Shown: piece after piece, positions 1 to 11,382 of the stretch
How positions within the stretch are numbered: the first letter of the stretch is position 1
Layout of the letters: each line of letters opens with the position of its first letter
Assembly: GCA_016935355.1 (NCBI GenBank)
Contig: JAFGRC010000172.1
Span: forward strand, 7,091-71,090
Source: Bacteroidales bacterium
GTDB lineage: Bacteria > Bacteroidota > Bacteroidia > Bacteroidales > UBA10428
Direction of reading: 5' to 3'
DNA: 64,000 bases
The notes under the pieces: model-generated
Databases searched by the model: none
Told to the model about the DNA's origin: nothing
What the model saw: only the letters and a program-made list of their open reading frames with translations
Made by a program: the position numbers and the translations under genes

Positions 1-2
1 AG

Positions 3-1223
3 GCCTTCCATCACATCCTGAACCGCAGCAACATTGACCGCCATTTTGCAGTGATCTCAGAAATAGCAGGATTGCCCGTTCCCATGCATTACTTAAATGA
101 AATCAGCGATAAACAGATATCTGATTTGCTTCTTTGCGTGGATGAAAATGACTATGCCTGGAATTATTCCAACAAAAACGTTTCGTCCGGATGTTTATAC
201 GACAGCGAACCCAATGGGTATATACTGACAGGTACCGTGAAGAACAGACAAAGCGGGGAACCGCTTGCCTCAGCTGACATCATGATCACTGTGACCGACA
301 GCGTTACCCCAAGGATTATGTATACAAATACCGATACTGCAGGCGGCTTTCGTACGGTATTAAGCCCGTTCTTTGATAATAAAGATATTATTTTACAGGT
401 CTGTGACGGCAACAACAATACTGACCTTGCCTGGGAACTTGAAGAGAAGAGGTTGCAGTCGGATGCAAGACAGGCAGTTCCTTACATCCTTACTGAAGCG
501 GAAAAAGAACTTGTAAACCGGAGCAGGGACATCCGGATCATTGAAGCAATATATGAAAGCAAGAGGGAAGAACGGCCAGGGGAAGCGGGAATTATTGCGG
601 GAATGGTATTCTTGACGCCTGATGCCGTAATTCACCCTGCTGATTATACAGAACTTGTTAATTTTAAGGAGATTGCCGATAACATCCTGCCTTCGGTGAG
701 GTTCATTACCAGAAACCGGCAATACATAACAGAAATATTTAACAGACCTTATGAGTACTGGTTGATAAACGATAAAGTCCTGCTTAACGGTGTTTTGTTC
801 AAGGATCTCGCTTACATTGCGACTCTTGGTTCCAAAGATATTGAGCGAGTTGAAATATATAACAGCAACCTGATGTGCGGCCCCCTGACCATCCCGGGTT
901 TATTATCCATTTATACGCATGACGGAAAGATACCGGAAAATTATCTGAGGGATCATGCATTTACATTTCATAATGAGGTGGCAGTCGGTGATGATCAAAC
1001 TGTAAAAAATTATGGTGTTCAGGAGGAAACAAGCTGCAATCCTGATGATCCTGATTTCAGACAAACATTGCTTTGGGCTCCTGATGTTAAAATGTCAGGT
1101 TCGGACAGGATAGTGCTTGAATTTCAAACTTCCCGGTTACAGGGTTTGTTTGAGATCAATATTCAGGGAATTTCCCGAAGCGGGATCCCCATGCATGCAA
1201 ATTTCAATTTTATGGTTGAATGA
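3..1223 (+). CDS. Hypothetical protein, 5'-truncated by the window edge; contains a carboxypeptidase-regulatory-like (CRD) beta-sandwich segment
   Basis: The reading frame is open from base 3 to the TGA at 1221-1223, so the listed GTG at 51 is probably internal. The segment YILTGTVKNRQSGEPLASADIMITVTDS resembles CarboxypepD_reg motifs. I recognise no other family. Confidence 0.6.
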   Translation, partial: AFHHILNRSNIDRHFAVISEIAGLPVPMHYLNEISDKQISDLLLCVDENDYAWNYSNKNVSSGCLYDSEPNGYILTGTVKNRQSGEPLASADIMITVTDSVTPRIMYTNTDTAGGFRTVLSPFFDNKDIILQVCDGNNNTDLAWELEEKRLQSDARQAVPYILTEAEKELVNRSRDIRIIEAIYESKREERPGEAGIIAGMVFLTPDAVIHPADYTELVNFKEIADNILPSVRFITRNRQYITEIFNRPYEYWLINDKVLLNGVLFKDLAYIATLGSKDIERVEIYNSNLMCGPLTIPGLLSIYTHDGKIPENYLRDHAFTFHNEVAVGDDQTVKNYGVQEETSCNPDDPDFRQTLLWAPDVKMSGSDRIVLEFQTSRLQGLFEINIQGISRSGIPMHANFNFMVE

Positions 1224-1933
1224 TTGATGTGGTTTACATGAAAAGACTTTTCTTCCTTCTTGTCACGGCATGTTTTTGTGCCGGTTTGCACTCCCAGCAA
1301 TTTGAATGCGATTGCAGTGAGACAGATGGTTCATACAACAGTTACTTCCAGAACCTTCTGATCTCCCGTGAGTATAACAATCCGATCCAGCATTTCAGAG
1401 GCGAACAGTTTTTCAATGTCTGGGCTCCGGGTAATATTACAATGGTCAATGGAGAGACGGTCAGTGGTATGCTGCTCAGATACGACAAATATCAGGATCA
1501 GGTATTATGGCTCAGGCAAACCGATTTTAAGACCGGTGTGATCAACAAATCAATCGTTTCCGGATTTGATGTATATCATGAAGACCATCAACTGGCAGGA
1601 TCATTTATCAGGAAAAAGATCAATTCACCCGGAATGGGTGCAGTTGATGCCTACCTGCAGATCCTGACGGAGGGTCCTGTTGGCTTTTATGTATTCAGGA
1701 ATGTGGTCAAGGCAATAAGCGTAAGCAGAACCGTGGATAACAACTTGTATTATCTGGGTATTGATTCAAATTTATATCCTGTTGCCCTGCGCAGGAAGAG
1801 TCTCTTAAGATCACCGGGCATTGATAAAGATATTATGAAAGGCATCATTCGTTCAAACCATCTTACCTTGTATCAGGATGAGGCTGATTTCACAAAAGCT
1901 GTTTATCTTTACAATGAATCTCTGATGCAATAA
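1220..1933 (+). CDS. Hypothetical secreted protein (about 231-237 aa)
   Basis: The ATG at 1220 overlaps the upstream stop (ATGA). An alternative ATG at 1238 gives the signal-peptide-like start MKRLFFLLVTACFCAGLHSQ. It shows weak motif similarity to the ORF at 60509-61219. Confidence 0.6.
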   Translation: MIDVVYMKRLFFLLVTACFCAGLHSQQFECDCSETDGSYNSYFQNLLISREYNNPIQHFRGEQFFNVWAPGNITMVNGETVSGMLLRYDKYQDQVLWLRQTDFKTGVINKSIVSGFDVYHEDHQLAGSFIRKKINSPGMGAVDAYLQILTEGPVGFYVFRNVVKAISVSRTVDNNLYYLGIDSNLYPVALRRKSLLRSPGIDKDIMKGIIRSNHLTLYQDEADFTKAVYLYNESLMQ

Positions 1934-2000
1934 ATTCTCCTGCTTGGTTTTTCACTGGAACTGCAATAATTCTACAGATATGATTTGCAAAATCAGTTAC

Positions 2001-2720
2001 ATGAAGATGAAAAGGATGTGTTTCTTTATAATGGTGATGCTGATAATGGTCGCTTGCGGATCATCGTCTCAGCTATTCAGGGACCTGCCGGGAACCTATG
2101 GCATGGAATCCGGTCTTTCAGAACAGGATGCAGCTGCCGGGATCAGGGAAGCCCTGATCAGGGGTACCAATCTGGGAGTTGATCTGGTTTCCGTAACAGA
2201 TGGCTATTTTGGCAATCGTGAGATCAAAATTCCTTTTCCACCCGAGGCCCGGGAAATAGAATCAACCCTCCGGAATATCGGTCTCGATAAAAAAGTGGAT
2301 GAGGTGATCCTCTCCATAAACCGGGCTGCTGAAATGGCTGCTGATGAAGCACGTTCCATATTTATTTCAGCCATAACCGGAATGACCGTGATTGATGCCC
2401 TGGACATTGTCAGGGGTGCTGACAATGCAGCCACCCTGTATCTTCAGCGCACCACATCACAGCAACTTCAGGGAGCCTTTCGTCCAATCATATCCAGGTC
2501 CCTGGAACGTGTTGATGCCACCCGTTACTGGGATGATGTGGTCAATACCTATAATATGATACCTTTTGTCAAAAAGATGGATCCCGATCTGGCGGGATAT
2601 GTCACAGGCAAGGCCATAGAAGGTTTGTTTGTCATGATCGCAAAAGAGGAACTTGCAATCCGCCGGGATCCGATGGCCCGCACAACGGAATTGCTGAAAA
2701 AGGTATTTGGAAGCAATTAG
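2001..2720 (+). CDS. Putative lipoprotein, DUF4197-like (family assignment from memory only)
   Basis: The ATG at 2001 gives MKMKRMCFFIMVMLIMVACGSS, a lipobox-like signal peptide with Cys. The ORF is long and uninterrupted. The listed start at 1944 is less likely. Confidence 0.65.
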   Translation: MKMKRMCFFIMVMLIMVACGSSSQLFRDLPGTYGMESGLSEQDAAAGIREALIRGTNLGVDLVSVTDGYFGNREIKIPFPPEAREIESTLRNIGLDKKVDEVILSINRAAEMAADEARSIFISAITGMTVIDALDIVRGADNAATLYLQRTTSQQLQGAFRPIISRSLERVDATRYWDDVVNTYNMIPFVKKMDPDLAGYVTGKAIEGLFVMIAKEELAIRRDPMARTTELLKKVFGSN

Positions 2721-2759
2721 TTACTGGTCAGTTATCATCCTGAGTGTAACGAGTTTCTT

Positions 2760-3206
2760 TCAATTCAGCGAGTCCCTCCATGGTGTTATGAAAAACCCGG
2801 CGATCTTACCGGCTTTATTCAAGACAACACGAACTTCTATTTTCTGTGTGGTTTTATCGAAAACGGATGAGAACCGGACGATGTTCAATTCCTGATTCCC
2901 TGATTGGGCCCAGGCTTCAGCATACTCCAAAGATACAAAATCACCGAGATTTGTTTTCAGCTGATTGTAGATATTCTTTTGATATTCCGCAGTCATCTGG
3001 TTTTTCACATCATTGGTGGCCTCATCCCCGAACTGATAGGAAGATCCGCTTTTCAGGATTGCAAAATATTCAGATGCGAATTCTTCTGCAAATGCAATTT
3101 TTCCCTGTTCAACTTCATTTTCAGCAAGCTTACGAAGTTCCTGACCGAAAGACATGGCCGGTATAAGTAAACACAGGCCTGTAGTTAAGATTGTTAATTT
3201 TTTCAT
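2760..3206 (-). CDS. Hypothetical secreted protein (148 aa), possibly DUF3887-like
   Basis: The N-terminal signal peptide is MKKLTILTTGLCLLIPAMSFGQ. The gene is convergent with the upstream gene. The family guess is low confidence. Confidence 0.55.
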   Translation of the reverse strand: MKKLTILTTGLCLLIPAMSFGQELRKLAENEVEQGKIAFAEEFASEYFAILKSGSSYQFGDEATNDVKNQMTAEYQKNIYNQLKTNLGDFVSLEYAEAWAQSGNQELNIVRFSSVFDKTTQKIEVRVVLNKAGKIAGFFITPWRDSLN

Positions 3207-3297
3207 TGTGTACGAATGTTGTTGATTACTATGATAAAAGTATTATAAAATACAGACAAATTAAAACGGATTTCATTCAAATATTTTTTAAGGTGTT

Positions 3298-3328
3298 TTT
3301 GTTTTTGATAAAAAAACGTCTACCTTTG
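3298..3328 (+). promoter_or_regulatory. Candidate Bacteroidota sigma-A promoter for the rpsL operon (-33 TTTG, -7 TACCTTTG)
   Basis: TTTG lies at 3298-3301 and TACCTTTG at 3321-3328, separated by 19 nt. This matches the published Bacteroides consensus of TTTG, a 19-21 nt spacer, then TAnnTTTG. The -7 box ends 38 nt upstream of the rpsL ATG. Confidence 0.5.
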
Positions 3329-3366
3329 CAAGCCAATTTTTACGAAATATACTATATACAAATATA

Positions 3367-3741
3367 ATGCCAACGATACAACAACTGGTAAGAAAGGGAA
3401 GAGCGACTTTAGCAGAAAAGAGCAAAGCACCGGCTTTAAATGCCTGTCCGCAAAAACGCGGGGTATGTACACGTGTGTATACAACTACTCCGAAAAAGCC
3501 AAATTCAGCTATGCGCAAGGTTGCCAGAGTCAGGCTTCAGCATGGCATTGAGGTTACCGCATACATCCCCGGTGAAGGTCACAATCTCCAGGAACATTCA
3601 ATTGTCATGATCCGCGGAGGCAGGGTAAAGGATTTACCGGGAGTTCGTTATCATATTATCAGGGGTGCTTTGGATACATCAGGGGTTGAAGGCCGTAATC
3701 AACGGAGGTCAAAATATGGCACAAAAAAACCTAAAAAGTAA
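3367..3741 (+). CDS. rpsL: 30S ribosomal protein S12
   Basis: [12 protein letters not shown]...[16 protein letters not shown] is the canonical S12 sequence. Confidence 0.98.
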   Translation: MPTIQQLVRKGRATLAEKSKAPALNACPQKRGVCTRVYTTTPKKPNSAMRKVARVRLQHGIEVTAYIPGEGHNLQEHSIVMIRGGRVKDLPGVRYHIIRGALDTSGVEGRNQRRSKYGTKKPKK

Positions 3742-3762
3742 TTTTCTGAACGGGTAAAGAAA

Positions 3763-4239
3763 ATGAGAAAGACAAAACCAAAAAAAAGAATATTGACACC
3801 GGATCCCAGGTATAATGATACTTTGGTGACCCGTTTTGTGAACAACCTGATGATAAAAGGCAAGAAGAATGTCGCTTATGAGGTATTTTACGATGCCCTT
3901 GAACTTGTTGGAAAACGCGCAAAGGATACGGAAGAACCAGCGCTTGATATATGGAAGAAAGCGCTGGAAAATATAACGCCTCAGGTTGAAGTTAAAAGTC
4001 GCAGGGTTGGAGGTGCAACATTTCAGGTCCCGACAGAAATCAGGCCGGACCGCAAAATATCGATCAGCATGAAGAATATGATCCTGTTTGCAAAGAAAAG
4101 GGCAGGACACTCCATGAGCGATAAGCTTGCTACAGAGATTCTGGCTGCTTACAAGGAAGAGGGAGGAGCTTACAAGAAAAAGGAGGATACACACAGGATG
4201 GCAGAAGCTAACAAGGCATTTGCACACTTCAGGTTCTAA
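3763..4239 (+). CDS. rpsG: 30S ribosomal protein S7
   Basis: It is 158 aa, carries S7 motifs (GKK..A..I...A; [11 protein letters not shown]), and follows rpsL. Confidence 0.98.
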   Translation: MRKTKPKKRILTPDPRYNDTLVTRFVNNLMIKGKKNVAYEVFYDALELVGKRAKDTEEPALDIWKKALENITPQVEVKSRRVGGATFQVPTEIRPDRKISISMKNMILFAKKRAGHSMSDKLATEILAAYKEEGGAYKKKEDTHRMAEANKAFAHFRF

Positions 4240-4298
4240 AGATTTTTGACATTGAGGATGAGTTGCCTATAGTTACACTAGCTGATAATTAGTGCGTG

Positions 4299-6407
4299 AT
4301 GAATTTAAATTTAAGAAATACCAGGAATATTGGCATTATGGCCCATATCGATGCCGGTAAGACAACAACTACCGAACGCATCCTGTTTTATACCGGTATG
4401 CTGCACAGAATGGGAGAGGTTCATGAAGGTACTGCCACAATGGACTGGATGGTGCAGGAACAGGAACGGGGCATCACAATCACTTCAGCAGCAACAACTA
4501 CTTTTTGGAATTACAACGGCCAGAACTACAAGATCAATATCATTGATACACCGGGACATGTTGACTTTACTGTAGAGGTTGAACGTTCCCTGCGCGTACT
4601 GGATGGTGCGATTGCAGTTTTTTGTGCCGTCGGTGGTGTTCAGCCGCAATCCGAGACCGTATGGAGGCAGGCCGATAAATATCATGTGCCAAGGATCGCT
4701 TTTGTGAATAAAATGGACCGTGTGGGTGCCGATTATTTCAGAGTGGTAAGGCAGATAAGGGAAAGACTCGGTTCAAATCCTGTACCCATGCAGATCCCTA
4801 TTGGTGCGGAAGATCAGTTTATTGGTCTGGTTGACCTCATTGAACGCAAGGCCATTATCTGGAAAGAAGATGAAAATCTGGGTATTCGTTATGAGTACTG
4901 CAAGATTCCTCCGGATATGGTAGACCAGGTGGAGGAATGGCGTGAAAAACTCATTGAATCAGTCTGTGAACTCGATGACGATTTACTTGAAAGATTCCTG
5001 GAAGACCGTACATCCATCACGGTTGAGGAATTTATGGAGCATACACGCAAAGCTGTAATAAACCATCGGATTGTGCCTGTTTTATGTGGTGCTGCATTTA
5101 AAAATAAGGGTATCCAGCGCCTGCTGGATGCAATCTGCGCCCTGTTACCAAGTCCGCTTGATATTGGAGCTGTAAAAGGACAAAATCCGTTTACACATAA
5201 AACTGAAGAAAGAAATCCGGATGATGAAGAACCACTGGTTGCCCTGGCTTTTAAGATTGCCACAGATCCGTATGTGGGCAGGCTGACCTATTTGCGTGTT
5301 TATTCAGGTGCAATTGATTCGGGAATGTCGGTACTGAATCCGCGCACTAATAAAAAGGAACGTATCAACCGGCTTTACCAGATGCATGCAAACAAACAGA
5401 ATCCAAGGGAACGCATTGAAGCAGGGGATATTTGCGGAGTTGTCGGACTGAAAGAGGTTGTTACGGGTGATACACTTTCGGACATAAAACATCCTTTGTT
5501 TCTGGAATCCATGACTTTCCCGGATCCGGTAATTGGTGTGGCTGTTGAACCAAAAACCCAGGCTGATGTGGACAAACTTGGCAATGCATTGCATAAACTG
5601 GCAGAAGAAGATCCCACCTTTAAGGTTACGGTGGATGAAGATTCAAACCAGACCATTATAAGCGGGATGGGTGAGTTACACCTTGAAGTGCTTGTTGACA
5701 GACTCAGGCGTGAGTTTAAAGTGGAATGCAATACGGGGGTACCTCAGGTAGCATATAAGGAAGCACTGTTGACTGTTGTAAGCCACAGGGAATTATTTAA
5801 AAAACAAACCGGTGGCAGGGGTAAATTTGCTGACATTATTTTTAATGCATCTCCGGCCGATGAAGGAATTTCGGGACTTCAGTTCGTTAATGAGGTCAAA
5901 GGAGGCAATATTCCGCGTGAATATATTCCTTCAGTGGAAAAAGGTTTTCGTGATGCCATGCGAAACGGAGTCCTTGCAGGTTTTCCCGTGGAAAGCCTGA
6001 AGATTGTTTTAAAGGACGGGGCCTTCCATCCGGTAGATTCCGATTCACTTTCGTTTGAAATTGCAGCGAGACAGGGTTTCAAACATGCACTCAAAAAAGG
6101 AAAGATCAGTCTGCTCGAACCGATTATGAAACTTGAAGTTGTCACTCCGGAAGAATACATGGGTGATGTCACAGCTGATTTTAACCGTCGCCGGGGACAG
6201 ATCATCGGTATGGAAACGCGGTCATCTGCCAGAGTGATCCTTGCCAATGTGCCACTTGCCGAGATGTTCGGGTATGTGACCATATTGAGGACCTTGACTT
6301 CGGGCCGTGCGACCTCAACTATGGAATTTTCGCATTTTGAGATCGTACCCCCTGACATTTCAGGTGAAGTAATTGAAAAAGTAACGGGAACAAAAGCATT
6401 TGTTTAA
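4299..6407 (+). CDS. fusA: Elongation factor G
   Basis: The G-domain motifs [17 protein letters not shown] and NKMD are present. Length is about 702 aa. The ATG at 4299 lies one codon after the listed GTG at 4296. Confidence 0.98.
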   Translation: MNLNLRNTRNIGIMAHIDAGKTTTTERILFYTGMLHRMGEVHEGTATMDWMVQEQERGITITSAATTTFWNYNGQNYKINIIDTPGHVDFTVEVERSLRVLDGAIAVFCAVGGVQPQSETVWRQADKYHVPRIAFVNKMDRVGADYFRVVRQIRERLGSNPVPMQIPIGAEDQFIGLVDLIERKAIIWKEDENLGIRYEYCKIPPDMVDQVEEWREKLIESVCELDDDLLERFLEDRTSITVEEFMEHTRKAVINHRIVPVLCGAAFKNKGIQRLLDAICALLPSPLDIGAVKGQNPFTHKTEERNPDDEEPLVALAFKIATDPYVGRLTYLRVYSGAIDSGMSVLNPRTNKKERINRLYQMHANKQNPRERIEAGDICGVVGLKEVVTGDTLSDIKHPLFLESMTFPDPVIGVAVEPKTQADVDKLGNALHKLAEEDPTFKVTVDEDSNQTIISGMGELHLEVLVDRLRREFKVECNTGVPQVAYKEALLTVVSHRELFKKQTGGRGKFADIIFNASPADEGISGLQFVNEVKGGNIPREYIPSVEKGFRDAMRNGVLAGFPVESLKIVLKDGAFHPVDSDSLSFEIAARQGFKHALKKGKISLLEPIMKLEVVTPEEYMGDVTADFNRRRGQIIGMETRSSARVILANVPLAEMFGYVTILRTLTSGRATSTMEFSHFEIVPPDISGEVIEKVTGTKAFV

Positions 6408-6427
6408 ACGATTTTAAGATAATAAAC

Positions 6428-6733
6428 ATGAGTCAAAAAATCAGAATTAAGCTTAAATCATACGATCATAATCTGGTAGATAAATCAGCTGAAAAAATTG
6501 TAAAAACTGTAAAATCTACCGGTGCAGTGGTAAGCGGACCCATACCACTGCCGACGCATAAAAGGATATTCACGGTTTTGCGTTCACCTTTTGTAAACAA
6601 GAAATCAAGGGAGCAGTTTCAACTTTCATCACACAAGCGTTTGCTGGATATATACAGTTCCACGCCAAAGACAATCGATGCACTCATGAAGCTTGAGCTG
6701 CCCAGTGGTGTGGAAGTTGAAATTAAAGTTTGA
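6428..6733 (+). CDS. rpsJ: 30S ribosomal protein S10
   Basis: It is 101 aa, starts [14 protein letters not shown], and sits in the S10 operon position. Confidence 0.98.
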   Translation: MSQKIRIKLKSYDHNLVDKSAEKIVKTVKSTGAVVSGPIPLPTHKRIFTVLRSPFVNKKSREQFQLSSHKRLLDIYSSTPKTIDALMKLELPSGVEVEIKV

Positions 6734-6753
6734 AAAAGTTAATTTGTTGAGAA

Positions 6754-7380
6754 ATGCCAGGATTAATTGGAAAAAAGATCGGAATGACTTCAGTATTCGA
6801 TGAAGGGGTAAATACTCCCTGCACTGTACTTGAGGCAGGCCCGTGCGTTGTAACGCAGATCAGGACCCTTGAAAAGGAAGGTTATGAATCTGTTCAGATT
6901 GCTTTTGATGAAAAAAAGGAGAAACATACTTCCAAAGCAATGGCGGGTCATTTCAAAAAGGCAAATACAACACCAAAGAGAAAAGTTGTTGAATTGCGAG
7001 GTTTTATACACAAGTGGAAAGTGGGAGATCAGATCACGGTGGATTATTTTGAAAATGATATCTGGCTTGATGTTACTGCCGTTTCCAAGGGTAAAGGATT
7101 CCAGGGAGTGGTCAAAAGACACGGATTTGGCGGAGTCGGTGATAACACACACGGACAGCACAACAGGCAAAGAGCTCCAGGGTCGCTCGGAGGGTCGTCA
7201 TGGCCGTCAAGGGTTTTTAAAGGCTTACGCATGGCGGGCCGTATGGGTGGAAAGAAGGTCAAGGTCCTCAATCTTAAGTTGGTAAAGATCATTCCTGAAA
7301 ACAATTTGTTGTTGTTGAAAGGATCTGTACCCGGTGCAAAAGGTTCTTATGTGATCATTGAAAGTCCCGACAGGATTTAA
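6754..7380 (+). CDS. rplC: 50S ribosomal protein L3
   Basis: [10 protein letters not shown] and the FQGV.KRHGF motifs are present, and the gene order fits. Confidence 0.97.
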   Translation: MPGLIGKKIGMTSVFDEGVNTPCTVLEAGPCVVTQIRTLEKEGYESVQIAFDEKKEKHTSKAMAGHFKKANTTPKRKVVELRGFIHKWKVGDQITVDYFENDIWLDVTAVSKGKGFQGVVKRHGFGGVGDNTHGQHNRQRAPGSLGGSSWPSRVFKGLRMAGRMGGKKVKVLNLKLVKIIPENNLLLLKGSVPGAKGSYVIIESPDRI

Positions 7381-7392
7381 AATCTGTTAGCA

Positions 7393-8016
7393 ATGGAATT
7401 AATAGTATACAATACAGCAGGAGAAGAGACTGGCCGAAAGGTGAAGCTCAGCGATTCGGTATTCGGTATTGAGCCAAATGACCATGCCATCTATCTGGAT
7501 GTGAAACAACATCTTGCCAACAGGCGTCAGGGTACTCATAAAACCAGGGAACGGAGCGAGATTTCGGGCAGTACCCGTAAAATAAAACGACAAAAGGGAA
7601 CGGGAACAGCCCGTGCGGGAAGCATTAAAAACCCTTTGTTTGTTGGTGGAGGAAGGATATTCGGTCCACAGCCGCGTGATTATCATTTCAAGCTTAACAA
7701 AAAGGTAAAACAGCTGGCACGCAAATCGGCTCTGACTTACAAGGCAAAAGACAACCAGATAGTAGTAGTCGAGGATTTTGTTATGAAGGAAATCCGCACA
7801 AAGGAATATATATCAATCATCAGCAACCTGAAAGTTGATGGTGAAAAATCCCTTCTGGTCGTGAATGAGCCGGATAAAAACATATATTTGTCAGCCCGGA
7901 ATCTAAATCAGGCCAAGGTTGTAACCTGTTCAGAATTATCTACATATGATATCATGAATAGTGCCTCGATCGTTTTTATGGAAAGTTCGGTCGACAACAT
8001 TCAAAAGATTCTGTAA
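7393..8016 (+). CDS. rplD: 50S ribosomal protein L4
   Basis: It is 207 aa with the [13 protein letters not shown] motif, and the gene order fits. Confidence 0.97.
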   Translation: MELIVYNTAGEETGRKVKLSDSVFGIEPNDHAIYLDVKQHLANRRQGTHKTRERSEISGSTRKIKRQKGTGTARAGSIKNPLFVGGGRIFGPQPRDYHFKLNKKVKQLARKSALTYKAKDNQIVVVEDFVMKEIRTKEYISIISNLKVDGEKSLLVVNEPDKNIYLSARNLNQAKVVTCSELSTYDIMNSASIVFMESSVDNIQKIL

Positions 8017-8034
8017 CCTTCTAAATGCAAAGTG

Positions 8035-8325
8035 ATGAACATTATTGTAAAGCCTATAGTAACGGAAAAAATGAATGCACAGGCCGATGTACTCAGAAAA
8101 TACGGTTTCGTTGTGAACAGGAAGGCGAATAAAGTCCAGATCAAGAAGGCTGTGGAGAATTTATACGGAGTTACCGTAGAATCGGTGGATACGATGAATT
8201 ATGCCGGAAAGCAAAAATCGAGATATACCCGTACAGGACTTATATCCGGTAAACAAGGTGCTTATAAAAAAGCTGTTGTTACATTGCGGAAAGGTGATAT
8301 AATTGATTTTTATAGCAATATCTAA
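8035..8325 (+). CDS. rplW: 50S ribosomal protein L23
   Basis: It is about 96 aa and the gene order fits. The ATG at 8035 immediately follows the listed GTG at 8032. Confidence 0.96.
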   Translation: MNIIVKPIVTEKMNAQADVLRKYGFVVNRKANKVQIKKAVENLYGVTVESVDTMNYAGKQKSRYTRTGLISGKQGAYKKAVVTLRKGDIIDFYSNI

Positions 8326-8334
8326 TTTATTATT

Positions 8335-9159
8335 ATGGCTGTAAGAAAACTTAAACCTGTAACCCCTGGTCAGCGACACCGGGTTGTCGGAGCTTTTGAC
8401 GATGTTACATCTTCTTCTCCCGAGAAGTCGTTGTTGAGATCGTTGAAGAAGTCGGGTGGCAGAAATAATGATGGTAAAATGACCATGCGGTATATTGGCG
8501 GCGGGCATAAAAAAATGTACCGTGTGATTGATTTTGTGAGGAACAAAGATGGCATAGCAGCTTCTGTAAGAACCATTGAATATGATCCCAACAGGTCTGC
8601 CCGTATTGCACTGTTATTGTATGAGGACGGAGAAAAAAGGTATATTATTGCTCCGAACGGTCTGAAAGTAGGACAGGTTGTTCGTTCAGGATCGGGTGTT
8701 GCTCCTGAGATTGGCAATTGCCTTATCCTTGCCGAGATACCTTTGGGTACACTGGTTCACAATATTGAATTGCGGCCCGGAAGAGGAGGCGCACTGGCGA
8801 GAAGCGCAGGCACTTATGCACAGCTTACATCACGCGATGGAAAGTATGCCATCATTAAACTTCCTTCCGGTGAGTCAAGGATGATCCTTACTACCTGCAG
8901 GGCTACAATTGGCATCGTGTCCAATCCTGACCACGGACTGGAACAATCCGGCAAAGCGGGTCGCAATCGCTGGCTGGGAAGACGTCCCAGGGTGCGCGGT
9001 GTTGCTATGAATCCGGTTGACCATCCGATGGGTGGCGGAGAAGGAAAGGCTTCGGGCGGACACCCGCGGTCACGTACAGGATTGCATTCCAAAGGGAAAA
9101 AGACAAGGAGCAGAAAAAATCCTTCAAACAGATTTATTGTTGAAAAACGGAAAAAATAA
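8335..9159 (+). CDS. rplB: 50S ribosomal protein L2
   Basis: [15 protein letters not shown] and the [16 protein letters not shown] motifs are present. Confidence 0.98.
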   Translation: MAVRKLKPVTPGQRHRVVGAFDDVTSSSPEKSLLRSLKKSGGRNNDGKMTMRYIGGGHKKMYRVIDFVRNKDGIAASVRTIEYDPNRSARIALLLYEDGEKRYIIAPNGLKVGQVVRSGSGVAPEIGNCLILAEIPLGTLVHNIELRPGRGGALARSAGTYAQLTSRDGKYAIIKLPSGESRMILTTCRATIGIVSNPDHGLEQSGKAGRNRWLGRRPRVRGVAMNPVDHPMGGGEGKASGGHPRSRTGLHSKGKKTRSRKNPSNRFIVEKRKK

Positions 9160-9175
9160 CTGACGAAAGCGTATT

Positions 9176-9445
9176 ATGAGCAGATCACTTAAAAAAGGTC
9201 CCTTTATTGATTTCAAACTCGAAAAACGGGTCGTGGACATGAACGAAACCGGTAAAAAATCGGTTGTTAAAACCTGGTCCCGAAGGTCTGTAATCTCTCC
9301 GGATTTTGTCGGACATACCATTGCAGTGCATAACGGGAACAAATTCATCCCCGTGTATATAACGGAAAATATGGTTGGGCACAGACTGGGTGAATTTTCA
9401 CCGACGCGTACTTTCAGGGGGCATGCAGGAAAACAAAAGAACTAA
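9176..9445 (+). CDS. rpsS: 30S ribosomal protein S19
   Basis: [10 protein letters not shown] and the GHTIAVHNG motifs are present. Confidence 0.98.
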   Translation: MSRSLKKGPFIDFKLEKRVVDMNETGKKSVVKTWSRRSVISPDFVGHTIAVHNGNKFIPVYITENMVGHRLGEFSPTRTFRGHAGKQKN

Positions 9446-9474
9446 TTTGAACGAATTCGTTAAAATATTGAATA

Positions 9475-9903
9475 ATGGGAGCAAGAAAGCGCATTGCAGC
9501 AGAAGAGCGTAAAAAACAAAATGAAAATACAGCACGGGCAGTACTGGCAAATTGTCCGACTTCCCCCCGGAAAATGCGACTGGTTGTTGATATGATCCGG
9601 GGTGAAGAAGTAAACCGGGCACTTGATATTTTGCGGTACAGTCCGAAGGAGGCGTCCAGAAAAGTGGAAAAGGTGCTTCTTTCAGCCATAGCGAACTGGC
9701 AGAAAAAAAATGAGGATATTCGCATTGAGCAGTCCAACCTCTTTGTGAAAGAGGTGTTTGTGGATGGTGGACGTATGCTTAAAAGACTGCGCCCGGCTCC
9801 TCAGGGAAGGGGTCACAGGATACGAAAACGTTCCAATCATGTAACCATCATTCTGGATAGTCTTAATAAAAATCAGGTGCAAACCGAAAGTCAAACAAAA
9901 TAA
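9475..9903 (+). CDS. rplV: 50S ribosomal protein L22
   Basis: It is 142 aa with the [15 protein letters not shown] motif, and the gene order fits. Confidence 0.97.
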   Translation: MGARKRIAAEERKKQNENTARAVLANCPTSPRKMRLVVDMIRGEEVNRALDILRYSPKEASRKVEKVLLSAIANWQKKNEDIRIEQSNLFVKEVFVDGGRMLKRLRPAPQGRGHRIRKRSNHVTIILDSLNKNQVQTESQTK

Positions 9904-9908
9904 GATTC

Positions 9909-10607
9909 ATGGGACAAAAAGTAAACCCAATTAGCAATCGGCTTGGGATCATTAAAGGATGGGATTCTAACTGGTACGGCGGCAAAAAATATGCTGATAA
10001 ACTTGTTGAGGATTATAAGATCAGGGAATATCTCAATGCACGACTGGCCAAAGCCAGCATTTCAAAAATAGTCATTGAACGCACACTGAAGCTGATCACA
10101 GTCACGGTCAATACTGCCCGTCCCGGAATTATCATTGGCAAAGGCGGTCAGGAAGTTGATAAACTGAAAGAAGAATTAAAGAAGATCACGGGTAAGGAAA
10201 TACAAATCAACATTTTTGAGGTAAAAAGACCCGAACTTGATGCAGCTATTGTTGCCAATAACATTGCAAGGCAGATTGAAGGAAAGGTATCGTATCGCAG
10301 GGCAATCAAAATGGCGATTGCTTCAACCATGAGAATGGGTGCTGAAGGCATAAAATGTCAGGTTTCGGGACGTCTGGGAGGTGCTGAAATGGCCCGGACC
10401 GAAATGCTCAAGGAGGGACGGATACCGCTGCATACATTCCGTGCTGATATTGATTATGCGTTGGGTGAAGCACTTACGAAAGTCGGTCTGATTGGCGTGA
10501 AAGTCTGGATTTGCAAGGGAGAGATCTATGGTAAGCGCGATCTGGCCCCGAACATCGGCGCAAAATCAGCAAAACCGAGGGGATCTTTTAAGAAGCGGAG
10601 AAAATAA
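9909..10607 (+). CDS. rpsC: 30S ribosomal protein S3
   Basis: MGQKVNPI and KH-domain motifs are present. Length is 232 aa. Confidence 0.98.
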   Translation: MGQKVNPISNRLGIIKGWDSNWYGGKKYADKLVEDYKIREYLNARLAKASISKIVIERTLKLITVTVNTARPGIIIGKGGQEVDKLKEELKKITGKEIQINIFEVKRPELDAAIVANNIARQIEGKVSYRRAIKMAIASTMRMGAEGIKCQVSGRLGGAEMARTEMLKEGRIPLHTFRADIDYALGEALTKVGLIGVKVWICKGEIYGKRDLAPNIGAKSAKPRGSFKKRRK

Positions 10608-10635
10608 GGGTAACACATATTAACATTGATTGATC

Positions 10636-11058
10636 ATGTTACAACCAAAGAAAACAAAATACAGAAGACAGCAGAAAGGCAGAATGAAAGGCAATGCCGG
10701 CCGGGGGAATGATTTATCATTCGGCTCTTTTGGCATTAAAGCCCTTGACAATGCATGGATCACGGGAAGGCAGATTGAGGCCGCCCGTCAGGCTGTCACA
10801 CGTCATATGAAACGTGAGGGTCAGATCTGGATACGCATATTCCCCGATAAACCGATAACAAAAAAACCTGCCGAGGTGCGTATGGGTAAAGGGAAGGGTG
10901 CTCCGGAAGGATTTGTCGCACCCGTAACTCCGGGACGTATTATCATTGAGGCCGACGGTGTTCCGTTCGAGATAGCAAAAGAGGCACTCAGACTGGGCGC
11001 CCAGAAGTTGCCCATACATACAAGATTTGTAATCAGAAGGGATTATGTGGAAGGCTGA
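10636..11058 (+). CDS. rplP: 50S ribosomal protein L16
   Basis: The ATG at 10636 gives [16 protein letters not shown], the canonical L16 N-terminus. The listed TTG at 10630 is less likely. Confidence 0.97.
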   Translation: MLQPKKTKYRRQQKGRMKGNAGRGNDLSFGSFGIKALDNAWITGRQIEAARQAVTRHMKREGQIWIRIFPDKPITKKPAEVRMGKGKGAPEGFVAPVTPGRIIIEADGVPFEIAKEALRLGAQKLPIHTRFVIRRDYVEG

Positions 11059-11162
11059 AAGCCATGCTTATAAGGAGTACCCGGCTGACGGACCGACAAA
11101 ACGTACGGTATGATTGACAAAGAAAATTACATATAGAACATTAAAGCAAAACAAACTGAGAA

Positions 11163-11363
11163 ATGAGAACTTCCGAAATAAGGGAATTGACAGCCAAGGA
11201 AATAGAAGAAAGACTGGAAAACGAAAAGAACCTGATATTTCGTCAGAAAATGAACCATGCCATATCTCCCCTTGACAATCCTATGAAAATAAGGGAAACG
11301 CGAAGAAACATTGCCCGGCTGGAAACCATCCTGCGCCTTAAAAGGCAGGAAGAGGTTAAATAA
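11163..11363 (+). CDS. rpmC: 50S ribosomal protein L29
   Basis: It is 66 aa with the [14 protein letters not shown] motif, and the gene order fits. Confidence 0.95.
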   Translation: MRTSEIRELTAKEIEERLENEKNLIFRQKMNHAISPLDNPMKIRETRRNIARLETILRLKRQEEVK

Positions 11364-11382
11364 AATGGTTAAAATGATTAAA

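Noticed and set aside
3709-4227. 172-aa minus-strand ORF opposite rpsG, with many similar antisense ORFs across the ribosomal cluster
   Set aside because: All lie antisense to canonical ribosomal protein genes and have no independent support.
4770-4780. GGTTCAAATCC, a tRNA T-arm-like string
   Set aside because: It lies in frame inside fusA, and no acceptor, D or anticodon arms can be built around it. I found no tRNA or rRNA genes in the window.
4240-6427. No tuf gene after fusA in the str operon
   Set aside because: This is the normal Bacteroidota arrangement, where tuf sits with the secE-nusG cluster elsewhere. It is not a deletion.
11059-11162. A 104-nt spacer between rplP and rpmC in an otherwise tightly packed operon
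   Set aside because: It contains only a 17-codon ORF and no convincing hairpin, promoter box or RNA motif. It is probably just a longer spacer.
11311-11382. Extended N-termini in the ORF track for rpsQ (11311), rpoA (19715), rhomboid (42585), the HsdR_N protein (41615) and the DUF4197-like gene (1944)
   Set aside because: Each extension overlaps the preceding gene or adds non-homologous residues. Internal ATGs reproduce the canonical N-termini or signal peptides.
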